A stretch of 64,000 bases of DNA from Candidatus Limnocylindria bacterium (lineage in GTDB: Bacteria > Chloroflexota > Limnocylindria > P2-11E): positions 4,464 through 68,463 of the forward strand of contig DASZZF010000006.1 of the NCBI GenBank assembly GCA_035543375.1. Direction: 5' to 3'. Below the pieces are notes generated by a model that saw only the letters and a list, made by a program, of their open reading frames with translations, was not told the origin of the DNA and did no database searches. A program made the translations under genes and the position numbers. Below are positions 8,737-18,391 of this stretch, in pieces. How positions within the stretch are numbered: the first letter of the stretch is position 1; each line of letters begins with the position of its first letter.

Positions 8737-10837
8737 CCCCGGCACGACCCGCGACCTTCGCGCGCTGTTCGCGCCGCGGGCGATCGCGGTCGTTGGTGCC
8801 TCTGAACGGAACTTCGTTGCCCGGAGCGCGCAAGAGGGCCTGCGGGCCTTTGGCTTCACCGGGCCGGTCTATCCGGTGAACCCGCGCTATGAGACGGTGC
8901 TCGGCGCGCAGTGCTATCCCGATCTGCGCTCGCTCCCAGGCCCGGTGGACCTCGCGGTCATCATCGTGAACGCCGCGGCCGCCGTCGTTGTCGTCCGGGA
9001 ATGCGCCGATACCGGGATCCCGGCGGTCCTCGTGATGGCGACAGGATTCAGCGAAGCGGGACCCGAAGGCGCCGACCTGGCACGCCAGCTCACCGCGATC
9101 GCCACGGAGCGCGCAACGCTCGTGTGTGGCCCCGGGACCTTCGGGCTGGTCGCGGTCCCATCGCGCCTCGCTGCGTACATCGCGCCGGTACCGGTGACGC
9201 TCCGCCCCGGACCTATCGCCGTGATCACCCAAAGCGGGAGTCTCGTGAACATGATCCTGTCCCTCGGTGACGAGCGCCGGCTCGGCTTCACGTATGCCGT
9301 TTCGGCGGGCAGTGAGGCGAGCCTGACGCTCTCCGACTACCTCGCGTGGGTGCTCGAGGACGACACGACGCGGGTCGTCGCGGTCGTGGCGGAGCAGCTG
9401 CGGGACCCCGCCGGGTTCGTGCGCGCGGCCCGGCGCGCGACCGCACTCGGAAAGCCGATCGTGATGCTGAAGCTCGGTCGAAGCGAGGCCGCACAGCGCG
9501 CGAGCCTCGCGCACACCGGCGCCCTCGTCGGCGCTCCCGAGGTCCACGAAGCGGTGTTCCGCCATCATGGGGTGCGCTCGGTGAAGAACCTCGACGAGCT
9601 GATCGAGACGACGGCGCTCCTCGCCGGCGGCCGGCTCCCCGCGGGACGCGGCGTCGCGATCGTGTCGGTGTCCGGCGGCGACTGCGTGCTTGCGACCGAC
9701 ATCGCGACCCGCGTTGGCCTCGACGTTCCCGCGTTCGCCGCCGCGACGGTCGAGGCCCTGCAGGCGGCGCTACCCGATGGTGGGCTCGCGATGAATCCGG
9801 TGGACGCGGGGATGCGCCCGATCTGGGAGCGCGGCCTCTTTAGCACGGTGATCGGCACGGTCGCTGACGATCCGGCGGTCGATCTCGTTGCGGCCCGGGT
9901 TCCGCCCACGATCGCCGCGTTCCGCGATCTCGCCGGCGGCGCGGCCGGACGATCGAAGCCGGTCATCGCGTTCACCCGCGCGACGCAATCACTCGATCCG
10001 GAGCTCTGGCTCGTCGCGGAGGAGCTCGGTGTTCCGATCGTGCAAGAGATGGAGAAGGGCTTCACGGCGATCCGGCACCTCATCGAGCATGCCGCGTTCA
10101 TCCGGGCGGATGGCCGGCCGCGCGTGCCGCGGCGCTCCCGACCTGACGACCGGATGGTGGCCTTGCAGCTCGCGGCCGGCTCCGCGGTGCTCGGGCCGGT
10201 CGAGTCAGCGGCGCTCCTTGAGGAGTACGGGATCCCGGTCGCTCGGCAGACGCTCGCGCGGACCGCGGACGACGCGGTCGCTGTCGCCGCCGCGATCGGT
10301 GGACCGGTGGCGCTCAAGCTCATCTCGCCCGACGTGTTGCACAAGGCCGATGTCGGCGGGGTGCGCCTCCGCGTCAAGGGAGACCCCGAAGTGCGAGCGG
10401 CGTTCGCGGAGCTCACGACGATCGCACGTGCCTCGGGCACGCGATCGCAGGGCGTGCTCGTGCAGGCGATGGCTGCGCCGGGCACCGAGCTGCTGCTCGG
10501 CATGCTCGGCGACCGCGAGTTCGGCCCGATCGTCGTATGCGGCCTCGGCGGGACAGGCGTCGAGATCATGCACGACGCCGCGCGCCGGGTACCGCCGCTG
10601 GGTGAGGATGAGGCGGCAGCCATGCTCGACGAGACGATCGCGAGCCGCGCGCTCGGGCTCGTGCGCGGGCGAGCACCCGGTGATCGGGCCGCGTTCATCG
10701 ACGCGCTCATCCGATTCTCAGAGCTCGCTGCCGACATCGGCGCGCGGCTCGAGGCGGTCGACCTCAATCCGATCATCGTGCACGACGTCGGCCGCGGCAC
10801 GACGGTCGTCGACGCACGGATCATGGTTCGGGCATAG
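8723..10837 (+). CDS. Acetate--CoA ligase (ADP-forming) family / NDP-forming acyl-CoA synthetase, fused alpha-beta
   Basis: CoA-binding domain (RAIAVVGASERNFVARSAQEGL...), succinyl-CoA-synthetase-like flavodoxin domain and C-terminal ATP-grasp domain. ATG at 8723 overlaps the upstream gene; the ORF-track start at 8498 is an artefact. Confidence 0.8.
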   Translation: MSSADPGTTRDLRALFAPRAIAVVGASERNFVARSAQEGLRAFGFTGPVYPVNPRYETVLGAQCYPDLRSLPGPVDLAVIIVNAAAAVVVVRECADTGIPAVLVMATGFSEAGPEGADLARQLTAIATERATLVCGPGTFGLVAVPSRLAAYIAPVPVTLRPGPIAVITQSGSLVNMILSLGDERRLGFTYAVSAGSEASLTLSDYLAWVLEDDTTRVVAVVAEQLRDPAGFVRAARRATALGKPIVMLKLGRSEAAQRASLAHTGALVGAPEVHEAVFRHHGVRSVKNLDELIETTALLAGGRLPAGRGVAIVSVSGGDCVLATDIATRVGLDVPAFAAATVEALQAALPDGGLAMNPVDAGMRPIWERGLFSTVIGTVADDPAVDLVAARVPPTIAAFRDLAGGAAGRSKPVIAFTRATQSLDPELWLVAEELGVPIVQEMEKGFTAIRHLIEHAAFIRADGRPRVPRRSRPDDRMVALQLAAGSAVLGPVESAALLEEYGIPVARQTLARTADDAVAVAAAIGGPVALKLISPDVLHKADVGGVRLRVKGDPEVRAAFAELTTIARASGTRSQGVLVQAMAAPGTELLLGMLGDREFGPIVVCGLGGTGVEIMHDAARRVPPLGEDEAAAMLDETIASRALGLVRGRAPGDRAAFIDALIRFSELAADIGARLEAVDLNPIIVHDVGRGTTVVDARIMVRA

Positions 10838-11355
10838 TGGTCGGGATGGCCGATGTGCCCGCGGACGAGCGCCGGATCAGGTATGGGACGCCCACCGGCG
10901 ATGACACCGCGGTCATCATCGCCGACAAGCTCGAGCGGATCCGGTCGCTGCCTCGCGTCATCCGGCGCGCCGACCTCGCGCAGCACGACGGCACGCGTTT
11001 CGCCAACCAGGTCATCACGACGCCCGACAACTGCCCGTTGCGGACGATCGTCGCCTTCATCGAGCACATCCCGCCGGGGTGGCGCTCGAACAAGCACGGC
11101 CACATGAATGACGCACTCTTCTACATCCTGAGCGGCTCCGGATACGACGTGCACGATGGCCGCCGGATCGACTGGTCGCCTGGAGACGCGGTGTACGTCC
11201 CGCCCGGTGTCATGCACCAGCACTTCAACGGGAGCGAGACCGAGCCGGTCGAGGCGCTCGTCCTGAATCCCAAGCTGAGCTACCTCGACGCGAATCTCGT
11301 CTACCAGCATGTCCTCGAGCGCCCGAGCGGCCCCGCGGGGGCGCGCGAGCGATGA
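10837..11355 (+). CDS. Monocupin, resembling the catalytic half of a 3-His bicupin dioxygenase
   Basis: Cupin motif 1 reads HGHMNDALFYILSGSG (His-His, with Ala in place of the usual Glu). Motif 2 reads GDAVYVPPGVMHQHFN. This is the pattern seen in gentisate/salicylate/1-hydroxy-2-naphthoate dioxygenases. Confidence 0.65.
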   Translation: MVGMADVPADERRIRYGTPTGDDTAVIIADKLERIRSLPRVIRRADLAQHDGTRFANQVITTPDNCPLRTIVAFIEHIPPGWRSNKHGHMNDALFYILSGSGYDVHDGRRIDWSPGDAVYVPPGVMHQHFNGSETEPVEALVLNPKLSYLDANLVYQHVLERPSGPAGARER

Positions 11356-11903
11356 CAGAGAAGAAGCGATACGAAAGCGGTGACCGCACGGCGGCGCACT
11401 ACGCGGATCTCGTCCATGACCACGACGCGGCGGTCGGGCGGCGGACCGGCGGCGCGACCGAGCGTTTCCGGGCCGACGAGCTGCCATGGGAAGAGAGCCC
11501 GCACGGGAGACTGAAGCACCTCGCGAACGCCGACATGGGTGGCGCCCTCGCGAGCATGGACGCGTTCATCCTTGAGCTTCCGCCGGGCGGCCGGTCGGGC
11601 CGTCACCGGCATTTCGCCGAAGAGCTCGTGTACGTCATCGAGGGGCGCGGGCACGATCGACACTGGGACCCCGAGCCCGCCATCGGTGAGCACGGTTACG
11701 TGTGGCCGATGCCGCGAGAGGAAGCAGCGACGCGGTGGGACTGGGCGGCCGGTGACTCCATCTTCGTGCCGCCGATGGTCGCGCACGAGCACATCAATGA
11801 CGATCCGGAGCAGCCCGTCCGGCTGCTCTGCTCGATGAGCCGGATCTACGACTCGCTCGGGTTCGGCGGGATCGAGCAGCTGGAGCCCGCGCCCGGACGC
11901 TAG
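11352..11903 (+). CDS. Monocupin (second half of the split bicupin)
   Basis: Motif 1 reads HRHFAEELVYVIEGRG. Motif 2 reads GDSIFVPPMVAHEHIN. ATGA overlap with the previous cupin gene. Confidence 0.65.
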   Translation: MTEKKRYESGDRTAAHYADLVHDHDAAVGRRTGGATERFRADELPWEESPHGRLKHLANADMGGALASMDAFILELPPGGRSGRHRHFAEELVYVIEGRGHDRHWDPEPAIGEHGYVWPMPREEAATRWDWAAGDSIFVPPMVAHEHINDDPEQPVRLLCSMSRIYDSLGFGGIEQLEPAPGR

Positions 11904-13126
11904 GACCTCACGGTCACGACCGGGATGCGCTTCGGTGCGATCGATCGAGGGTCAGCGTGGACGCGGATCTCGCCGTCGATCATGACGATCCCGGGCGTGA
12001 GGCGATCGCCGTACGCGACGCACTCGAGCGCGTCGGTCGTGACCCCGCCCTCCATCGGATCCCAGAGCACGAGGTCGGCCGGCTCGCCGACGGCGATGCG
12101 ACCGCCGGGCAGGCCGAACGCGCGCGCGGTGTTGCCGCTCGCCATCGCATAGAGGATCTCCGGCGCGATGCCGCTCACGCCCGCGAGGAGCGTCACGAAG
12201 CGCAGGATCGCCCCGGGATTCACGCCACCCTCCGATGGGCTATCGCTCCCGATGACGACGCGGCCGAGCGCGCTGCGCTCCTGCACCTTCGCGAGGATGC
12301 GCGCCGCGACGCGCAGGTTCCCGTGGAACACCAGATCGAGCGTGCAGGCCGTGTCGTCGACGAGCCGGTCGATGACCTCGGCGGGGGGCGGCGTCGGGCC
12401 GCCGTTCACGTGACAGGCGATGTCCGGCGCGATGATGCGGAGGGCCTCATCGATCGTCGCGCAGTCCCCGATGAGTGACCGGCCGCCGGTGTGGGTCATG
12501 ACGAGCATTCCGTGGTCGCGCGCCCATGTCGTGTAGCGCTGAGCTTCCGCGCGCGACGGGATCGGCCGGAGGAACTTCAGGCGTCGCACTCCGGCTTCGG
12601 CAAGCTCCGCGAAGTCCTCCTCGCGGAGGCCAGTCTCGGCGATGACGGTCTCAGCGAAGCACTTGAGGCCGAGCGGCCGAAGGGTCCGCCAGACCGCGAC
12701 CGACACGATCGCGAGGGCCTTCGTGCCGACCGCATCGCGTGCCACCGGCGCGGCACCCGCGCCGCCCGCTGCCTGCACGTTCGGGAGCGCCGGGGTCGGC
12801 AGGTACATGCCCGGCTGATGTGCCGCGCCGGCGGAGACCACGGCGACCGTTCCGGCGCGGACGGCCTTCGTCATGGTCCCGAAGGCCTCGCCCCGCGGCG
12901 TGAACTCCCCGAAATACGGGTGGTGATGCGAGTCCCACAACCCGGGCGCGAGCGTCGTTCCACGCGCGTCGATCGTGGTGTCCGTCGCGCCAGCCGGCCG
13001 GGTGTCGTCCACCGACACGATGCGCCCATCCTCCACCGTCACGCTCGGGGCCGGCGAGAGCGGCTTCGCGAGCTCACCGGTCACGAGCGTGCCGATGTTG
13101 ACGATCCGGGTCCGCACGAGCGCCAT
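11900..13126 (-). CDS. Metal-dependent amidohydrolase (enamidase-like); paralog 2 of 3
   Basis: Reads MALVRTRIVNIGTLVTGE...APGLWDSHHHPYFGEF...GRIAVGEPADLVLWD. The real start is the internal ATG near 13126; the ORF-track extension to 13645 reads as non-protein-like sequence. Convergent CTAG stop overlap with the cupin gene. Confidence 0.65.
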   Translation of the reverse strand: MALVRTRIVNIGTLVTGELAKPLSPAPSVTVEDGRIVSVDDTRPAGATDTTIDARGTTLAPGLWDSHHHPYFGEFTPRGEAFGTMTKAVRAGTVAVVSAGAAHQPGMYLPTPALPNVQAAGGAGAAPVARDAVGTKALAIVSVAVWRTLRPLGLKCFAETVIAETGLREEDFAELAEAGVRRLKFLRPIPSRAEAQRYTTWARDHGMLVMTHTGGRSLIGDCATIDEALRIIAPDIACHVNGGPTPPPAEVIDRLVDDTACTLDLVFHGNLRVAARILAKVQERSALGRVVIGSDSPSEGGVNPGAILRFVTLLAGVSGIAPEILYAMASGNTARAFGLPGGRIAVGEPADLVLWDPMEGGVTTDALECVAYGDRLTPGIVMIDGEIRVHADPRSIAPKRIPVVTVRS

Positions 13127-13170
13127 CGTACGGGCTGACCGGGTCGGCGTTGCCGTCGAACGCGACCTTC

Positions 13171-13180
13171 TGTATACAGT
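13171..13180. promoter_or_regulatory. Perfect palindrome CTGTATACAG in the 66-bp divergent region between the amidohydrolase (-) and the small cupin (+)
   Basis: Same TGTATACA core as at 179-188. It sits between divergent start codons, so it is a candidate shared operator or -10 element. Confidence 0.35.
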
Positions 13181-13192
13181 TCTGCATAGGGG

Positions 13193-13612
13193 GTGGGGAC
13201 CGTGAGCGACCCAGACGTCACACCAGCGCCGTTCAAGAAGCAGGCGATCCACATCAAGGGGGTCAGCGAGGGCAAGGCGATCGAGCTCCTCGCGAAGACC
13301 GACATCCTCACCGCGGGCGTGCAGATCGTCAGCGCGAAGGGCGGAGAGACCAACCTCCATGCGCACGCAGGCACCGACCAGTTCTATGTCGTGCTGCAGG
13401 GGCAGGCGACGTTCTACCGCAGCGTCGACGAAGTCGCCGCGCGTCTCGACAAGAACGACACGCTGCTCATCCCCCGGGCGACGCCGTATTGGTTCGAGAG
13501 CTCGGGGAGCGAGGACCTCGTGATCCTGCGGCTCGGCGCCAAGGCGGCGGGTGTCGAAGACAAGCGAACGAACTACACCGAGCGGAAGCGCGAAGGGACG
13601 GTGGTCGCGTAA
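13193..13612 (+). CDS. Small cupin-domain protein
   Basis: 139 aa, with the beta-barrel motifs NLHAHAGTDQFYVVLQGQATF. GTG start is preceded by GGGGGTGGGGA. Confidence 0.6.
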   Translation: MGTVSDPDVTPAPFKKQAIHIKGVSEGKAIELLAKTDILTAGVQIVSAKGGETNLHAHAGTDQFYVVLQGQATFYRSVDEVAARLDKNDTLLIPRATPYWFESSGSEDLVILRLGAKAAGVEDKRTNYTERKREGTVVA

Positions 13613-14757
13613 TCGGCGGGCAACGTTCCCACACGTTTCGGGCACTCGCTCTCGCGGTGGCGGTCACGCTCCTCGCGGCCGCCTGCGGCGGCGGCGGGGT
13701 CGCGCCCGCAGCGTCGGCCTCGGCCAGCGCGGCGGCATCCGCCCCCGCGGCAGCAGCAGCCCCCGGCGGACCGTTCCTGAAGGACGACTCCCCGGAGTGG
13801 AAGGCGATCCTCGACGCGGCTCGGAAGGAAGGCGCCATCACCGTCTACGGGGCGCGCAGCCCCGAGATCGAAGCCGGCGCGGCGGACTTCCAATCGAAGT
13901 TCGGGGTGAAGCTCAACTACGTGGTCGGCAGCTCCGGCGAGACCTCGCAGCGGATGCTCGCCGAAAAGGATTCCGGCAGGTTCGTCGCGAGCGTCGTCCT
14001 CACGGGCGACTCCGCCGTTTGGACGCTCGGGCCGGGCAAGGAGCAGCTGCTGCAGAACATCATCGGGATCCCGAGCGGAGCGAGGCTCCACCCGTCGATG
14101 TCGGCGATCGTGAAAGAGTCGGGCACGCAGTACTGGCCGGTCTATGCGCAGGTCTACGGGATCTTCGTGAACACCAAGCTCGTGTCCGACGCGGACGCTC
14201 CGAAGAACTGGAAGGATCTGCTCGACCCGAAATGGAAGGGCAAGATCGTCCAGCACGATCCGACCCGCAACGGTGGGGGCCAGGCGATGTGGGGTGTCCT
14301 GCTCAACGCGACCGGCTACGGAGAGCCCTTCCTACAGTCCCTCGCGAAGCAGGAGCTCTTCATCGTGACCGGCGGCGGCGACCCCGGCGCGGTCGTCGCC
14401 CGTGGCGAGCGCGCCCTCGGCGTCCCCGGCAATGTCTTCGAGACGACGACGAACGCCGGTGCTCCGTTCAAGTACGTCCAACCGACCGACGGGGTGCTGA
14501 CCTCGCAGTTCGTCGTCGGACTGGCGAAGGCCGCTCCCGCGCCGAACGCGGGGAAGGTCTTCATCAACTGGATCCTCTCGCCCGAGATGCAGAAGCTCTT
14601 CCTCGACAAGGCGTACAACATGCCGGCCATCACCGGCATCCCCGGTGGCCAGTACGGCCTCGCGGTGGACACGCTCAAGGTCGTCGGCGGCGGCCGCATC
14701 CCGCCGATGGAAGCCGACGCGGTGTCGGCCAAGGCAAAGACGATCCTGCCGAAGTAG
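13612..14757 (+). CDS. ABC transporter periplasmic substrate-binding lipoprotein (Fbp/Pot-like family 1); no canonical start codon
   Basis: Lipobox LLAAAC followed by a Gly/Ala/Ser linker and the SBP body. It is 70-80% identical to the decayed copy at 16083. The in-frame codon aligned to the paralog's ATG is ATC, and there is no ATG/GTG/TTG between the upstream stop and the signal peptide. Confidence 0.6.
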   Translation: MGGQRSHTFRALALAVAVTLLAAACGGGGVAPAASASASAAASAPAAAAAPGGPFLKDDSPEWKAILDAARKEGAITVYGARSPEIEAGAADFQSKFGVKLNYVVGSSGETSQRMLAEKDSGRFVASVVLTGDSAVWTLGPGKEQLLQNIIGIPSGARLHPSMSAIVKESGTQYWPVYAQVYGIFVNTKLVSDADAPKNWKDLLDPKWKGKIVQHDPTRNGGGQAMWGVLLNATGYGEPFLQSLAKQELFIVTGGGDPGAVVARGERALGVPGNVFETTTNAGAPFKYVQPTDGVLTSQFVVGLAKAAPAPNAGKVFINWILSPEMQKLFLDKAYNMPAITGIPGGQYGLAVDTLKVVGGGRIPPMEADAVSAKAKTILPK

Positions 14758-14767
14758 CGCGCGGCCG

Positions 14768-14808
14768 GGACGATCGGGCGCCCACCTCACCGGGGGCGCC
14801 CGATCGTC
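14768..14808. terminator. Perfect 15-bp inverted repeat (GACGATCGGGCGCCC ... GGGCGCCCGATCGTC) between convergent genes
   Basis: GC-rich hairpin immediately after the SBP stop; it overlaps the stop of the minus-strand LLM gene. There is no T-tract, which is usual in high-GC genomes. Coordinates are accurate to a few bp. Confidence 0.4.
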
Positions 14809-15929
14809 AGGTCGCGAGCACCGGCGCGGATGCTCCGGGCTCGCGGTCCGACGCGAACAACGGAAGGACCTCGGCGCAGAAGAGCTGGAAGCTTCGGCGG
14901 GCCGCATCCACCTCCTCCAGATCCCTGACGAAGTTGCACATCATCTGGCCGACCCCCGCGGCCGCGTAGCGCCTGAGCTCGGCCGTGACCGTGGCGGGGC
15001 TGCCGCAGATGATCTGGGCCGCCGAGCGGAGGCTTACGGGGTCACTTTTCCCGCCGCTCGGGTCCGAGGATGCGATCTCCGGCACCGGATGGTCATCTCC
15101 GCTCACCCTGTTGGGCGTCGACCGGGCGCGGCCGGCGTGCGGCGCGCCGAGCCAGCGCCCGATGCTGCTCTCGACGTGCGCCCGCGCCTCCGCGTCGGTC
15201 TCGGCGACGTGGATCCACTTCATCGTGCCGGTCCAGCGCCGGGCGACCTCCATAACGGCGTCGTCGAGACCGGCGGACTCGAGCGCCAGGTGGTACGGCG
15301 CGAGCCGGCGCGCCGTCTCTTCGGCATCCCACTTGCCGACCAGAACGGGCCACCCTTTTCCGCGCGGTGTTGACGATCGTCGCGTCGGTCAGGGTCGCGC
15401 GCGCAAAGAGGGGGTGCGGGTCCCGGAATGGCGCGGGGATGACCGGCCGATCGATCCGCCCGCGCTCGCCGCCCGCGACGTATTCCAACGGCGGCGTGCC
15501 GTCGGCAAAACCCCAGAGGTCCAGGGCCACCTGCAGCGCCGTCTCGAACAGCTTGACGCGCTCGGCCGGATCGCGACCGAACGCGCGGTACTCGTCATCC
15601 ACGAACCCGGGTCCGAATCCAATAATGAAGCGCCCGCCAAGCAGCTGATCGAGGAGGTTGCACGACTCCACGAGCCGGAGCGGCTGATGGATCGCGGGAT
15701 TGATGGTCGCGAGGATGATGTGCGCACGCGTGATCCGCTGGGCGATCGACGCCGCGAACAGCAGCGAGTTCTGATATGGATTGTGCGAGCTCAGGTGATG
15801 TTCGGTCAGGACGATCGCGTCGAAACCCGCGGCGTCGGCCAGGGATGCCTGCTCGGTCAGGAAACGGATGAGCGGAAGCTGATCACCCGCATCGTGCGAG
15901 CGTGGGCTGAGGTACAGCGAACAGCGCAT
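14807..15929 (-). pseudogene. LLM-class oxidoreductase disrupted by a frameshift
   Basis: The N-terminal 170-190 aa (MRCSLYLSPR...PHPLF) are in the frame of 15093..15929. The LLM C-terminal region (IICGSPATVTAELRRYAAAGVGQMMCNFV) is in the frame of 14807..15253. The frames differ by 1 nt, with the junction at about 15254-15420. Confidence 0.5.
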
Positions 15930-16007
15930 CCGACATCCCCTTTGCGTGCGTAGGGCTCATGCTGCTCGCGGTCCCCACGCCGCCCGGTTGCCACCACCGG
16001 TCAGCAT

Positions 16008-16025
16008 GTGTATACAGTCGCCAGA
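16008..16025. promoter_or_regulatory. GTGTATACAGTCGCCAGA motif upstream of the decayed SBP paralog
   Basis: 17 of 18 positions match the element that abuts the start codon of the hydrolase gene at 32326-32342. Here the position corresponding to ATG reads ACT. Confidence 0.3.
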
Positions 16026-16082
16026 CTATCCACGGCAACCGGCGGGGACCCTAGCGCGTATGCGGGAGCGGGCGGAGGGACC

Positions 16083-17218
16083 ATGAGCGGACGACGCAGC
16101 CTCATCGCCGTCGCGGTGATCGCGATCCTCGCGAGTGCGTGTGGCGGAGGCGCAGCCGCGCCCGCGGCGACCGTCGCGGCAGCCCCGAGCGCGGCAGTTG
16201 CGCTCATCCCCGGCGGACCGTTCCTGAAGGACGACTCCGCCGAATGGAGGGCGATCCTCGACGCGGCGAAGAAGGAAGGTACGGTCACGGTGTACGGCGC
16301 GCGGAGCCCCGAGATCGAGGGCGCGGCCGCCTCGTTCCAGACGCAGTTCGGCGTGAAGCTCAATTACGTGGTCGGCTCATCCGGCGAGACCTCGCAGCGG
16401 ATGATCGCCGAGAAGGACTCGGGCAAGTTCGTCGCGAGCGTGGCGCTCACCGGCGATTCGGCGGTGTGGACGCTCGGCCTCGGCAAAGAGCAGCTGCTCC
16501 AGTCCGTCAGCGGGCTCCCGAACGGAGCGCGGCTGCACGCGTCGATGTCGACGATCATCATCGAGTCGAAGGGCGAGTACTGGCCGACGTACGCGCAGGT
16601 CCAAGGCATCTTCGCCAACACCTAGCTCGTCCCCGAGACCGATCTGCCGAAGAACTGGAAGGATCTTGCGGATCCGAAATGGAAAGGCAAAATCGTCGCC
16701 CACGACCCGACGCGGAACGGCGGCGGCCAGGCGACCTGGGGCGTCATGCTCGGCGCACCCGGATACGGCGAGGACTTCCTCAACAAGCTCGCGACGCAGG
16801 ACCTCTTCATCGTGACCGGCGGCGGCGATCCGGCGGCGGCGATCCGGCGGCGGTCGTGGCACGCGGCGAGCGCGCGATCGGCTTCCCGGGCAACGTCTTC
16901 GAGACGACCACGCAGGCCGGCGCACCGTTCAAGTGGATCCTGCCGACCGACGGTGTGGTCACCTCGCAGTTCGTCGTCGGGCTTGCGAAGGCGGCGCCCG
17001 CACCGAACGCCGGAAAGGTCTTCATGAACTGGATCTTGTCGCTTGAGATGCAGAAGCTGTTCCTCGACAAGGCCTACAACATGCCCGCGATCAGCGGCAT
17101 CCCCGGCGGCCAGTACGGACTCTCGCCGGATACGCTCAAGGTCCTCGGCAAGGGCCGCATCACGCCGGCGGAGGCGGACGCGGTCGGGGCGAAGGCCAAG
17201 ACGATCCTCGCCCGTTGA
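16083..17218 (+). pseudogene. Tandem paralog of the SBP lipoprotein at 13612, inactivated
   Basis: Intact start and lipobox (MSGRRSLIAVAVIAILASAC). In-frame TAG at 16623-16625, where the paralog has Lys. A 14-bp tandem duplication (GCGATCCGGCGGCG twice, about 16825-16852) produces a +2 frameshift; the C-terminus continues in the frame of 16139..17218. Confidence 0.65.
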
Positions 17219-17263
17219 CCCGACCCCGCGGAACACGCGACCCGCGCGACTAGGCTGAGGGCG

Positions 17264-18387
<1,124 letters not shown>

Positions 18388-18391
<4 letters not shown>

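Noticed and set aside
9565-11487. 640-aa minus-strand ORF, along with similar long antisense ORFs such as 2471..3841, 5100..6326, 7603..8859, 20058..21311, 28738..30135 and 62428..63471
   Set aside because: All are antisense to genes with clear family motifs and are rich in Arg, Pro, Gly and Ala. Open antisense frames are expected at 70% GC.
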